A stretch of 64,000 bases of DNA from Patescibacteria group bacterium (GTDB lineage: Bacteria > Patescibacteriota > JAHJAL01): contig JBMORM010000017.1 in assembly GCA_049322675.1 (NCBI GenBank), positions 3,928 through 67,927 of the forward strand, written 5' to 3'. Each line of letters begins with the position of its first letter. Positions within the stretch are counted from its first letter, which is position 1. The notes beneath the pieces were generated by a model. It searched no databases and was not told the DNA's origin. It saw only the letters and a program-made list of their open reading frames with translations. Positions 9,293-17,659 of this stretch are shown piece after piece. The position numbers and the translations under genes were made by a program.

Positions 9293-9760
9293 ATGAAAGG
9301 TGCCAAGTGGGTAAATATTGTTCTGGGAATTATTTTGGGGAGTCCGTTGGTTCTATTGGTCGTTTTTAGTATTTGGGGATATATTGCGGACGATTTGGAT
9401 TATATTGATGGTTCGCAAGTAGAGAATCTGTATTTTACTTTGGTTAATTATCTATTGGGGATTGGATTTTTGATTTCTTTGATATATGGATTATATCTTT
9501 TGGGTAGATATATTCATAAAAAGGACAAAGAAATAATGCTATTGTCTTGGCGATATTTATTGCTATTTCCTGTGGTTGTTTTTTTGCTTTATTGTATTGT
9601 TGTTACTGTTCAGATGGTGATTGCTCAACCTGGAGTAACGTCGTGTTATATAATATCAGGCGACGTTAGTTGGAAAAGAGTAAATGAAAAATCAGATTTA
9701 TTAGCAAAATTTAAAAATAATCTTCCGGCGGATGTTTTGGAAAAAATTGATCGGGGTTAA
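9293..9760 (+). CDS. Small multi-pass membrane protein, paralog 3 of 3 (tail ...TSCY...FKNNLPADVLEKIDRG)
   Basis: GGGAGG SD then ATG at 9293; the ORF-track start at 9221 reads the junction repeat in another frame. Confidence 0.6.
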   Translation: MKGAKWVNIVLGIILGSPLVLLVVFSIWGYIADDLDYIDGSQVENLYFTLVNYLLGIGFLISLIYGLYLLGRYIHKKDKEIMLLSWRYLLLFPVVVFLLYCIVVTVQMVIAQPGVTSCYIISGDVSWKRVNEKSDLLAKFKNNLPADVLEKIDRG

Positions 9761-10763
9761 AGCCGATTTTAATCATTTTATTTATGAAGTGACGCCAAGC
9801 TGCAATCATGATTGCAGTTATTGTTATAATGTTTGGAAATATCGGGAATATCCTCAGGGACAATTGTTGGATTTGAGACAGTGGCAGGAAGTTACAGAGA
9901 GGTTGATGGAGCAGACAAATATTGGAACGGTTTCTATTTCCGGGGGAGAGCCGACTATATATCCGGATTTGGTGGTGTTGATCAAATATCTTCGAAGCAA
10001 AAAAATTAATGTCAATTTGTTGACCAACGGTAGCAATATTATTGAAGATTTAGCTAGAGAGTTGGTTGATTTAGATATTTCTATTTTTGAAATACCGTTG
10101 GTGGCGATAGACAAAGAATTGCACAAAAAGTTGAAAGGTCGGGATGATTATGATCAGGTGGTAAAAGGGATTGCTAATCTGACTTCTTTGGGAGCGACAG
10201 TTGTATCTGTCCTGGTGGCGACAAAAGATAATATTGATCAAAGCGCGGAAGTGGCGGAGTTGAGTATGGTTTTGGGTTGTCGGGGAATGATGTTCAATCG
10301 GATCAATCCGGCCAATAAAAAACAGATTGCTTTGATACCGTCAATTGAGCAAATCAAATCGGCGTTGGCAAAATTGGATATTATTTCCAATAAATATAAT
10401 TTTAGTATTAGCTGTTCAGTGCCGATCATGCCATGTTTGATCGATATGAAAAATTATAAAAATTTGTCCTATGGCTATTGCCCGGCCGGTGGCAAACGTT
10501 CATATCCGGTGATTGATTATTTGGGAAATGTGCGGGTGTGCAATCATTCGCCGAAAATATTGGGAAATATATTGGCGAAAGATTTGGATGATATTTTTTC
10601 GAAAAGTGAGTATTTTCAAAATTTTAAAAATTCATTTGCGGACAAGTGTCAGAAGTGTTCACTGGTTAAAGAATGTAAGGGTGGTTGTCGGGCGGCAGCG
10701 GAAGTGTGCTATGGTTGTTTGACAGATTTGGATCCGATGGCGAGGGAGAGGGGGAGTTTTTAA
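9732..10763 (+). CDS. Radical SAM enzyme with C-terminal SPASM-type Cys-rich domain (peptide-modifying maturase-like)
   Basis: CNHDCSYC (CxxxCxxC) near the N-terminus, GGEPT SAM-binding motif, C-terminal CPAGG...C...C..C...C..C SPASM-like cysteines. The start ATG lies inside the conserved junction motif. Confidence 0.8.
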   Translation: MFWKKLIGVKADFNHFIYEVTPSCNHDCSYCYNVWKYREYPQGQLLDLRQWQEVTERLMEQTNIGTVSISGGEPTIYPDLVVLIKYLRSKKINVNLLTNGSNIIEDLARELVDLDISIFEIPLVAIDKELHKKLKGRDDYDQVVKGIANLTSLGATVVSVLVATKDNIDQSAEVAELSMVLGCRGMMFNRINPANKKQIALIPSIEQIKSALAKLDIISNKYNFSISCSVPIMPCLIDMKNYKNLSYGYCPAGGKRSYPVIDYLGNVRVCNHSPKILGNILAKDLDDIFSKSEYFQNFKNSFADKCQKCSLVKECKGGCRAAAEVCYGCLTDLDPMARERGSF

Positions 10764-10875
10764 TTTATAAAAATATAGGTTGAAAAAAGTAGGATGTCGT
10801 CCTGGATATTGAAACGCCCAGTAGGGCTTTCAGTTCCAGGATGACACAATACAATCATTGATCATTCATTGATCA

Positions 10876-10917
10876 TTGGAAATTTTTTGGAAATTGAGAA
10901 TTGGAAATTGGAAATTT
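10876..10917. repeat. Repeat-family copy (GGAAATT orientation) embedded between two tcctgga-stem hairpins and 13-bp direct repeats ttccaggatgaca (10834-10846, 10957-10969)
   Basis: Direct reading. Confidence 0.75.
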
Positions 10918-10970
10918 CATCCTGGATCCTGGATAAGAAGCGTGATTACACTTTCTTTCCAGGATGACAT

Positions 10971-11243
10971 TTGAACAAGAGAATAATTGATATTTTTTTA
11001 ATGAAATATTCTATGGAAGAAATAATTATTTTTGTATTTAGGATAATCTTTGGTTTGGGGGCTGTGACTGCGATTTTTTTTCTTATTTATGGCTTGGTAA
11101 GATATTTTTTGTCACGTGGTGAAAAATATTTTCGGATGTTTGTTTTGTCATTAGTATCGTTGCTTATATTGTTTGCAATATATTCGGTGCTAGTTACTTG
11201 CAATGATTGTAATTGGCCAGAAAGTAATGCAATTATTAAATAA
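10971..11243 (+). CDS. Hypothetical small membrane protein (2 TM)
   Basis: Hydrophobic helices, ends CNDCNWPESNAIIK. Confidence 0.4.
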   Translation: MNKRIIDIFLMKYSMEEIIIFVFRIIFGLGAVTAIFFLIYGLVRYFLSRGEKYFRMFVLSLVSLLILFAIYSVLVTCNDCNWPESNAIIK

Positions 11244-11288
11244 TTAATTGTTCGTAATCCATCTCATTTTTTATGCTAAAATTGGGGT

Positions 11289-12806
11289 ATGACAAATGAG
11301 AGGAGAAAATTTGTTCCTACCTGGTTTTTGACGATGTCACAGATATTTTTTCTGATGCTAATTTTTTGTTGGCCGTTGGGAACCAGATTGCAGTGGTTGG
11401 GTGAATTTTCATATTTGGGAGGTGTGATTTCTGATCTGACGACATATTTTGTTTATGTGACTGATATTTTGTTGGTATTGGTTATTTTGGGTTGGTTGAT
11501 TGATATAGCGATAAAATTTTGGCGATATGAAGATTGGGATGAATGGAATTTGAATCCGTGGCAGGGGATGGTGGTTTTGTTTTTTGGTGGTTTGGCCGGT
11601 TGGGGCTTGTATTCGACTGTGTGGGCGATGATAGATGAAATTGCTTTGTATAAAGGATTACGGTTGGTGGGGATGTGGTGGCTATTTGCATATATTGTGT
11701 TGGTTGTTGGTAAAAATAAAATTTTAATAAGAAATACTTGGTTGGTTGGGTTGGCGACATTGGGTATTCAAGCAGTTTGGGGGATAGCTCAATATATAAA
11801 ACAAAGCGGATTTGGTTTGTGGCAGTTGGGGGAAAGTATTTTGGGAAAAACGGTGGCGGGAGTGGCGAAAGTAGATGTGGATGGAGAGAAGATAATAAGG
11901 GCGTATGGATCTTTGCCGCATGCGAATCTTTTTGGGGTATTTATGTTGTTGGGACTAATTTTGATACTTGTAATATTAGTTTATTCTGGGTGCGGCAAAA
12001 ATTTCCAATTTTCAATTTTTCCCTCACGGGACCGAACTGTTGCTGGCAATTTTCAAAAAATTTCCAATTTCCAATTTTCAAAGAATACTTCAACAATTAT
12101 TTTGGGAGTGCTACTGGGACTATTTTTGGTAGGGATGTTGGTGAGTTTTTCAAGAAGTGTGTGGGTGGCGGGGATGGTGATAATGGTTGGAGCAATTGTT
12201 GAGATGGTTCGTAGGGGCGAGGTTTCCTCGCCAGGGGAAGGGAAGGGGAAAAATTTTCAATTTTCAATTTTCAATTTCCAAAAAATTTCCAATTTTCAAA
12301 CAATATTGATAGGGTTATTTATTTTGTTAATAGCGACAGGATTGAATTGGAAAGTAGTTATGGGGAGGTCTAGTTTGGATGTGGGGAATGATGTGTCTTT
12401 GCAGGTACGGCAGGTTTATGATCAGGGGGCGGATTGGATGATTGAAAAATTTTATTATGGCGGGGTAGGGTTGGGAAATTTTGTATTGGTGTTGCCGTAT
12501 TTTGCCGGTAAGGCCAATCTACAGTGGTGGCAATATCAGCCGGTTCACAATGTTTTCAAATTGGTTTGGTCGGAACTGGGCGTTTTTGGTTATATTTTGT
12601 TAATATTACTTATGGTTAGTATTGCAGCGATGATATTGTTTGATGATCAAAAAAAGTATCCCAAATATTTTTGGTTAAGTGTTATTTTGTCGATGATATT
12701 TTTGATGTTTTTTGATCATTATTTCTGGGATGTGTGGCAGGGGATGATGGGGTGGGCGGTGTTTCTGGGGGTTATGGTGGTTGGGGGAAGTAGTAAAAAA
12801 ACTTAG
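11289..12806 (+). CDS. O-antigen ligase/polymerase-family (Wzy_C) membrane protein carrying two in-frame repeat insertions
   Basis: SFSRSVWVAG and QPVHNVFKLVWSELGVFG motifs of the O-antigen ligase family; repeat copies at 11997-12083 and 12249-12300 translate in-frame. Confidence 0.6.
   Translation: MTNERRKFVPTWFLTMSQIFFLMLIFCWPLGTRLQWLGEFSYLGGVISDLTTYFVYVTDILLVLVILGWLIDIAIKFWRYEDWDEWNLNPWQGMVVLFFGGLAGWGLYSTVWAMIDEIALYKGLRLVGMWWLFAYIVLVVGKNKILIRNTWLVGLATLGIQAVWGIAQYIKQSGFGLWQLGESILGKTVAGVAKVDVDGEKIIRAYGSLPHANLFGVFMLLGLILILVILVYSGCGKNFQFSIFPSRDRTVAGNFQKISNFQFSKNTSTIILGVLLGLFLVGMLVSFSRSVWVAGMVIMVGAIVEMVRRGEVSSPGEGKGKNFQFSIFNFQKISNFQTILIGLFILLIATGLNWKVVMGRSSLDVGNDVSLQVRQVYDQGADWMIEKFYYGGVGLGNFVLVLPYFAGKANLQWWQYQPVHNVFKLVWSELGVFGYILLILLMVSIAAMILFDDQKKYPKYFWLSVILSMIFLMFFDHYFWDVWQGMMGWAVFLGVMVVGGSSKKT
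11997..12083. repeat. Repeat-family copy with core (ttccaattttcaattttt-ccctcacgggaccgaactgttgctggc-aattttcaa...) inside the ligase CDS
   Basis: Direct reading; no stop in the host frame. Confidence 0.8.
12249..12300. repeat. Repeat-family copy (TTTTCAATTTTCAATTTTCAATTTCCAAAAAATTTCCAATTTTCAA) inside the ligase CDS
   Basis: Direct reading. Confidence 0.8.
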
Positions 12807-12906
12807 CAAACGTAGCAAACATAACAAACACTTTGAAACGCTTTGAAACTCTTATAAACGCTTAAAAACTAAAAGATTGTTTTGTATTAGAATTAATTAG
12901 ATATTT

Positions 12907-13386
12907 ATGGATTTTTATCAGATTGTATCTTTGTTACTCATGTTTTTGTTTGTCTATATTTTGGCATTGAAAGCTTATTTACTGATAAATTCGTGGAAGA
13001 ATAATAATTGTAAGCAATATGGGATTATTGGTTTTGTTATTTTATTTGAAGTTTTGATAGCTAATTTTGTTATTTTTGATCCAAAAAATTTTATTCTTGA
13101 TTCTTCGAGTGTATATTTCTCGTATTGTCAGTTTAGAAATTATATTATAGCTTTCTATTTGTTGATTGGTGTGGATGTGCTGATGAATATTGGATGTTTT
13201 TTTATTGGGTTGTATTTTTTAGCAAAAAAGAAGCTGAAATTGTTATTTTTGATGGTTCCATTTTTGAGTATATTATTTTTTGTTGTAATATTTTTCTTTT
13301 TTCCAAGTATTTATGTTTTGTTGAAAAACATTGGTGTTTTAATAATTGATAATTTTTATCAATGCAAAGTAAAATTTGTAATATAA
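12907..13386 (+). CDS. Hypothetical membrane protein (AT-rich, low complexity)
   Basis: Hydrophobic helices; could be partly spurious. Confidence 0.3.
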   Translation: MDFYQIVSLLLMFLFVYILALKAYLLINSWKNNNCKQYGIIGFVILFEVLIANFVIFDPKNFILDSSSVYFSYCQFRNYIIAFYLLIGVDVLMNIGCFFIGLYFLAKKKLKLLFLMVPFLSILFFVVIFFFFPSIYVLLKNIGVLIIDNFYQCKVKFVI

Positions 13387-13395
13387 CATTGTAAG

Positions 13396-14841
13396 ATGAA
13401 TTCTCTAACATACAAAGTAGCGTTAAATACAGTAGTTCAAACCATTGGTAAAGTGGTGGTGGTGGGGACTAGTATTGTGACGATTGGACTTTTGACCCGG
13501 TATTTGGGCCAGAAGGGGTTTGGTGAGTACACGACGGTGATGACTTATTTGGGATTTTTTGGGATTGTGGTGGATTTGGGGATGTATTTGATTGTGGTGC
13601 GGGAGATCGTGAAAGAGAAAGATCGAGCGGAAGAAATATTGGGCAATGCTTTGGGGTTGAGAATTGTTTTGGGAATTTTGGTTTTGGGTTTGTCGCCTCT
13701 TGTAGCTTGGTGGTTTTTTCCGTATTCGCATTTGGTTGATTGGGCGATTGGAATCGGAGCTTTGTCTTTTTTCTTTATCAGTTTGAATCAAATATTGGTA
13801 TCGGTGTTTCAGATTGATTTGCAAATGTGGAAATTGGTTTTGGGAGAGGTTTTCGGTAGATTGGCGATATTGGGTGGAACTTATTATTTTATTTTGCAAA
13901 AAGGAGATTTGCATAGTTTCTTGTGGGCCAATGTGGCGGGAAATGTTGTCTTATTTGTAATTACTTTGTTGTTCGCTCGCAAGTATTGTCGGATCAGACC
14001 CAGGTTTGAATGGAAAGCCTGGAAGCCAATGTTGGCAGAGACTTTGCCTTTGGCAGTTGTGGTCATGCTCAATCGGATTTATTTTAATATCGATACGATT
14101 TTTTTGTCGATTTTTAAGTCGCAGGAGGAAGTGGGTATTTATGGTTTGCCCTACAAGATTTTGGATATTTTGATCAGTTTTCCGTCAATTTTTGCTGGTC
14201 TGGTATTTCCGGCTTTTGCCAAGCATGCTTTGGAGGATAAATCGGAATTGAAGAGAGTATATCAAAAGGCTTTTGATTTTTTGTTGGTAGTGGCTTTGCC
14301 GATGTTTATGGGTTTATTTATGCTGGCAAAACCAATAGTGCATATTTTGGGTGGTGATGATTTTGGTGATTCGATAAATTTATTGCGTATTTTGTCGATG
14401 GCGGTAGTTTTTGTTTTCTTTAGTACTTTATCGAATAATTTGGTTATCGCTGTTCAAAAGCAAAAACAATTGATGACTATTTCTTTGATTTCGGTGGTCG
14501 TCAACGTTGTTTTAAATTTGTGGTTGATTCCCAAATATTCATATTTTGCCGCAGCGTGGATTACTGTTTTAACTGAATTTATAGTTACTGTTTTGTCCGG
14601 CTGGTTCGTGTGGCGATTTGTATCGATATTGCCAAATTTGAAGATAGGAGTGAAAAGTTTGATGGCTACTATGGCGATGGGTTTGTTTTTGTGGTTTTTC
14701 AATGAATTAAATTTTATAATTTTGGTAATGGCTGGAGGTATGGTGTATTTTGTGGTGTTGTATTTGATGGGTGGTTTGCCTAGGGAGGCGATGGAGAAGC
14801 TTTTGGGAAAAAAGATAGTGGAGAAGTTGGGGATTAGGTAA
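13396..14841 (+). CDS. wzx: Polysaccharide biosynthesis protein / Wzx-type oligosaccharide flippase (MOP superfamily)
   Basis: About 12-14 TM helices; the N-terminal ...TIGKVVVVGTSIVTIGLLTRYLGQKGFGEYTTVMTYLGFFGIVVDLG pattern is typical of flippases. Confidence 0.7.
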   Translation: MNSLTYKVALNTVVQTIGKVVVVGTSIVTIGLLTRYLGQKGFGEYTTVMTYLGFFGIVVDLGMYLIVVREIVKEKDRAEEILGNALGLRIVLGILVLGLSPLVAWWFFPYSHLVDWAIGIGALSFFFISLNQILVSVFQIDLQMWKLVLGEVFGRLAILGGTYYFILQKGDLHSFLWANVAGNVVLFVITLLFARKYCRIRPRFEWKAWKPMLAETLPLAVVVMLNRIYFNIDTIFLSIFKSQEEVGIYGLPYKILDILISFPSIFAGLVFPAFAKHALEDKSELKRVYQKAFDFLLVVALPMFMGLFMLAKPIVHILGGDDFGDSINLLRILSMAVVFVFFSTLSNNLVIAVQKQKQLMTISLISVVVNVVLNLWLIPKYSYFAAAWITVLTEFIVTVLSGWFVWRFVSILPNLKIGVKSLMATMAMGLFLWFFNELNFIILVMAGGMVYFVVLYLMGGLPREAMEKLLGKKIVEKLGIR

Positions 14842-14842
14842 T

Positions 14843-14877
14843 AGGTTCTAGGTTCTAGGTTCTAGGTTCTAGGTTTT
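14843..14877. repeat. Heptanucleotide tandem repeat (AGGTTCT)x4 plus a degenerate fifth unit, in the wzx-GT2 intergenic/promoter region
   Basis: ataggttctaggttctaggttctaggttctaggtttt read directly. Confidence 0.9.
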
Positions 14878-14898
14878 AGATATTAGGTGATAGGTAAT

Positions 14899-15924
14899 AT
14901 GGGGACAATGAATAATATTGATGTTTCGGTTATTATTGTCAGCTACAATTGTAAGAACTACTTAATAGATTGTTTACGGACAGTTAGTGACGATATTGAT
15001 GGGAGTGGTTTAAAAGTTGAAGTGATTGTGATTGACAATAGTCCCAATGACGAAACGGTGGAAATGTTGAAAACTGAGAAATATGGATGGTTGAAGTGGA
15101 TAAAAGCGGAAAATCGGGGTTGGGGAGCGGCCAATAATGTTGGTTTGAAAATCGCTCAGGGTAAATATTTGTTTCTTTTAAATCCGGATACTGTTGTGGA
15201 AAAGGAAACAACACGGTTTTTGTTTGATTATTTAGAAAAAAATAATTGGGTGGGCTTGGTTGGTCCGAGGATGATTTTTGGTGATGGCAATTTGCAAATT
15301 TCAGCTTATGACAATTATCCGGGGATTATTTCGGCTTTTCTGGAAAACACTTTGTTGGACCGGTTATTTTATTGGTTGTTTCCCGAGACTATCTATCCGG
15401 GAAAATTATTTTCTAAAAAGTTGCATGATAGAAAAAGGGAGGTGGCTCATTTGCTAGGTGCAGTGATGTTTATGCGGCGGGAGATATATGAGCAGACTAA
15501 AGGTTTTGATGAACAATTTTTTATGTTTCGGGAGGAGACTGACTGGCAGTTTCGAATGAAGCGGGCGGGGTGGAAGATTGTTTATAATCCGGAGATAACA
15601 GTGACACATTTTGAAGGGGGGAGTACGGGTGAAGCGAGGCGGAAAAAAAATTGGCAACGCAAGCTGGATATGTATTTGCCGTCAGTTTATAAATACGAAA
15701 AAAAATGGGGTGGGTGGCTAAAAGCGATTGTGGTTGGTTTGATATATTTTTTTGGTTCGATTTGGACTTTATTAATTTTGGGGATCATCTGGTTGTTAAA
15801 CAATGCTTTTGGTTGGGTGGTGAATAATTGGCGGAAAAAAATTAATCGTTCGATTGCGGATATTGCGATTTATCATTGGGCGATTATTATTTGGCATGTG
15901 AGATATTTGGATAGATGGTTTTGA
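14899..15924 (+). CDS. Glycosyltransferase family 2
   Basis: VSVIIVSYNCKNYLIDCLRTV...VIVIDNSPND (GT2 Rossmann N-terminus), DxD-like region, C-terminal TM helices; AGGTGA SD before ATG 14899. Confidence 0.8.
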   Translation: MGTMNNIDVSVIIVSYNCKNYLIDCLRTVSDDIDGSGLKVEVIVIDNSPNDETVEMLKTEKYGWLKWIKAENRGWGAANNVGLKIAQGKYLFLLNPDTVVEKETTRFLFDYLEKNNWVGLVGPRMIFGDGNLQISAYDNYPGIISAFLENTLLDRLFYWLFPETIYPGKLFSKKLHDRKREVAHLLGAVMFMRREIYEQTKGFDEQFFMFREETDWQFRMKRAGWKIVYNPEITVTHFEGGSTGEARRKKNWQRKLDMYLPSVYKYEKKWGGWLKAIVVGLIYFFGSIWTLLILGIIWLLNNAFGWVVNNWRKKINRSIADIAIYHWAIIIWHVRYLDRWF

Positions 15925-15979
15925 AATAAAAATTAACAATGAAGAGTGAATAATAATTAATTGGAATAGGAACAAGAAA

Positions 15980-16369
15980 ATGGAATTTTTGGGGCAGGCG
16001 GCGGCGGTAATTATGCAGGACGGAAAATTATTACTAATAAAAAGGGGAAAAGAGTGTCATGAAGCTGGTAAATGGTGCACAATGAATGAAACGATTGAAG
16101 AGGAAGAAATGCCAGAGGAGGCGGCGGTGCGTGGTGCTAAAGAGGAATTGGGTGTGGATTTTGAAGTTGGTAAAAAATTATTTGAACATTTTTGCAATGG
16201 ACATACTACACATGTTTTTTCCGGAAATTTTTCTGGTGAGATCCGACCTGACAAGAGAGAGGTGGAGGAGTGGGGTTGGTTTGATTATGAAGAGACAAAA
16301 GGATTGGTCTTTGCTTATGATTACAATAAAGTCGTTGATAAATTGTTTGAGTTGGGATTAATACAATAG
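15980..16369 (+). CDS. NUDIX hydrolase
   Basis: NUDIX box-like ETIEEEEMPEEAAVRGAKEELGV. Confidence 0.65.
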   Translation: MEFLGQAAAVIMQDGKLLLIKRGKECHEAGKWCTMNETIEEEEMPEEAAVRGAKEELGVDFEVGKKLFEHFCNGHTTHVFSGNFSGEIRPDKREVEEWGWFDYEETKGLVFAYDYNKVVDKLFELGLIQ

Positions 16370-16375
16370 TTTTTT

Positions 16376-17524
16376 ATGAAAATTGCGATTGATTATCGGG
16401 AGGCGATACGGGAGAATAAAGCCGGGAAGGGGGTGGTGGTTTGGCAGTTGGTGGACAGATTGAAAAAGATCATTTTGGATGATGAGGTGGATTTGCTGGT
16501 GGATGAGGATTTTGTTTTTGAGGATTTTCCGGCCAATTGGCATAAAAAAATAATTGGTGGGAAAGGATTGAAATGGCATTGGAACGTTTGGCGGAAATTG
16601 AAAAACTATGATCGGTATTTGTCTTTGACCAGTTTTTTGGTGCCGGCGTTTGATTGGAATAAAAAGTGTATTATCTTTGTTCACGATTTGGTGGTGTTTT
16701 ATGATGAATTGGCGAAGAAACACAATCGGAAAGCGTATTGGATGGAACGATTGACATTGGGTGCAGCTTTGAAAAAGGCGCGGAAAATAATTGTGCCGTC
16801 AGAGACGACGGGGGAGGATTTAAAAAAGTTTTTTAAAGTTGACGAAAATAATTTTTCTTTGGTTTATGAGGGAGTTAACATTCAAAATTTCCAATTTCCA
16901 ATTTTTCCCTCACGGGACCGAACTGCTGCTGGCAATTTTCAAACATATTTTGATGAAAATATTGGGGAGATAAAAAAGAAATTTGGGATTACTGGTGATT
17001 ATTTGTTTTTTGTGGGGACTTTGGAGCCGAGGAAAAATTTGTCGAATTTAATTTTGGCATATGATAAATTGGTTAAAAAATACGGATGGGAGGGGCAGTT
17101 GGTTTTGGCTGGAAAAAAGGGTTGGTATTTTGATGAACTTTTTACTTTAGTAAAGAAACTGAATTTGGAAAAGAAAGTTATTTTCACTGGATTTACGACG
17201 GATGAAGAAAAATTTATTTTAATAAAAGACGCGAAGTGTTTTTGTATGGTAAGTCGATATGAAGGTTTTGGGTTGCCGATACTCGAGGCGATGTCGGTGG
17301 GGACGCCGGTGGTGACGAGTAATAATTCCAGTTTGTCGGAAGTGGCGGGGGAGGCGGTGGTTTTGGTGGATCCAGATAATGTTGAAGAAATCGCCAGCGG
17401 AATTCAAAAAGTATTGTCTGATAAAGTTCTGGCGGATAGTTTGGTTAAAAAGGGAATGGAGAGGATAAAATTGTTTGACTGGGAAAAAGCGGCGGGGGAA
17501 GTGTATAATTTAGTTAGGGATTAG
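16376..17524 (+). CDS. Glycosyltransferase family 4 (GT-B) carrying an in-frame repeat insertion
   Basis: FFVGTLEPRKN...LVLAGKKGW...MVSRYEGFGLPILEAMSVGTPVVTSNNSSLSEVAG are GT4 motifs; repeat at 16884-16943 is in-frame. Confidence 0.85.
   Translation: MKIAIDYREAIRENKAGKGVVVWQLVDRLKKIILDDEVDLLVDEDFVFEDFPANWHKKIIGGKGLKWHWNVWRKLKNYDRYLSLTSFLVPAFDWNKKCIIFVHDLVVFYDELAKKHNRKAYWMERLTLGAALKKARKIIVPSETTGEDLKKFFKVDENNFSLVYEGVNIQNFQFPIFPSRDRTAAGNFQTYFDENIGEIKKKFGITGDYLFFVGTLEPRKNLSNLILAYDKLVKKYGWEGQLVLAGKKGWYFDELFTLVKKLNLEKKVIFTGFTTDEEKFILIKDAKCFCMVSRYEGFGLPILEAMSVGTPVVTSNNSSLSEVAGEAVVLVDPDNVEEIASGIQKVLSDKVLADSLVKKGMERIKLFDWEKAAGEVYNLVRD
16884..16943. repeat. Repeat-family copy with core (ccctcacgggaccgaactgctgctggc) inside the GT4 CDS
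   Basis: Direct reading. Confidence 0.8.
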
Positions 17525-17528
17525 AGGG

Positions 17529-17643
17529 AAATTTCCAATTTCCAATTTTCAAAAAAGGCTTAATTTCCAATTTTCAAACAAAATTCATTGGAAATTGGTC
17601 ATTGAAAATTTATTGGAAATTGAGACTTGGAAATTGGAAATTA
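17529..17643. repeat. Repeat-family copy: inverted pair of arrays (17529-17577 TTCCAATTT orientation; 17588-17643 GGAAATTGG orientation)
   Basis: Direct reading. Confidence 0.8.
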
Positions 17644-17659
17644 TTTTCTATAAATTATT

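Noticed and set aside
11738-12202. 154-aa plus-strand ORF in another frame of the ligase gene
   Set aside because: Alternate frame of a motif-supported membrane-protein CDS; G-rich translation of repeat DNA.
12808-12875. AAAC/CAAAC-rich low-complexity stretch (gcaaacgtagcaaacataacaaacactttgaaacgctttgaaac)
   Set aside because: Short, irregular, with no clear unit. Probably just an AT-rich intergenic spacer and possible UP-element; not reported as a repeat.
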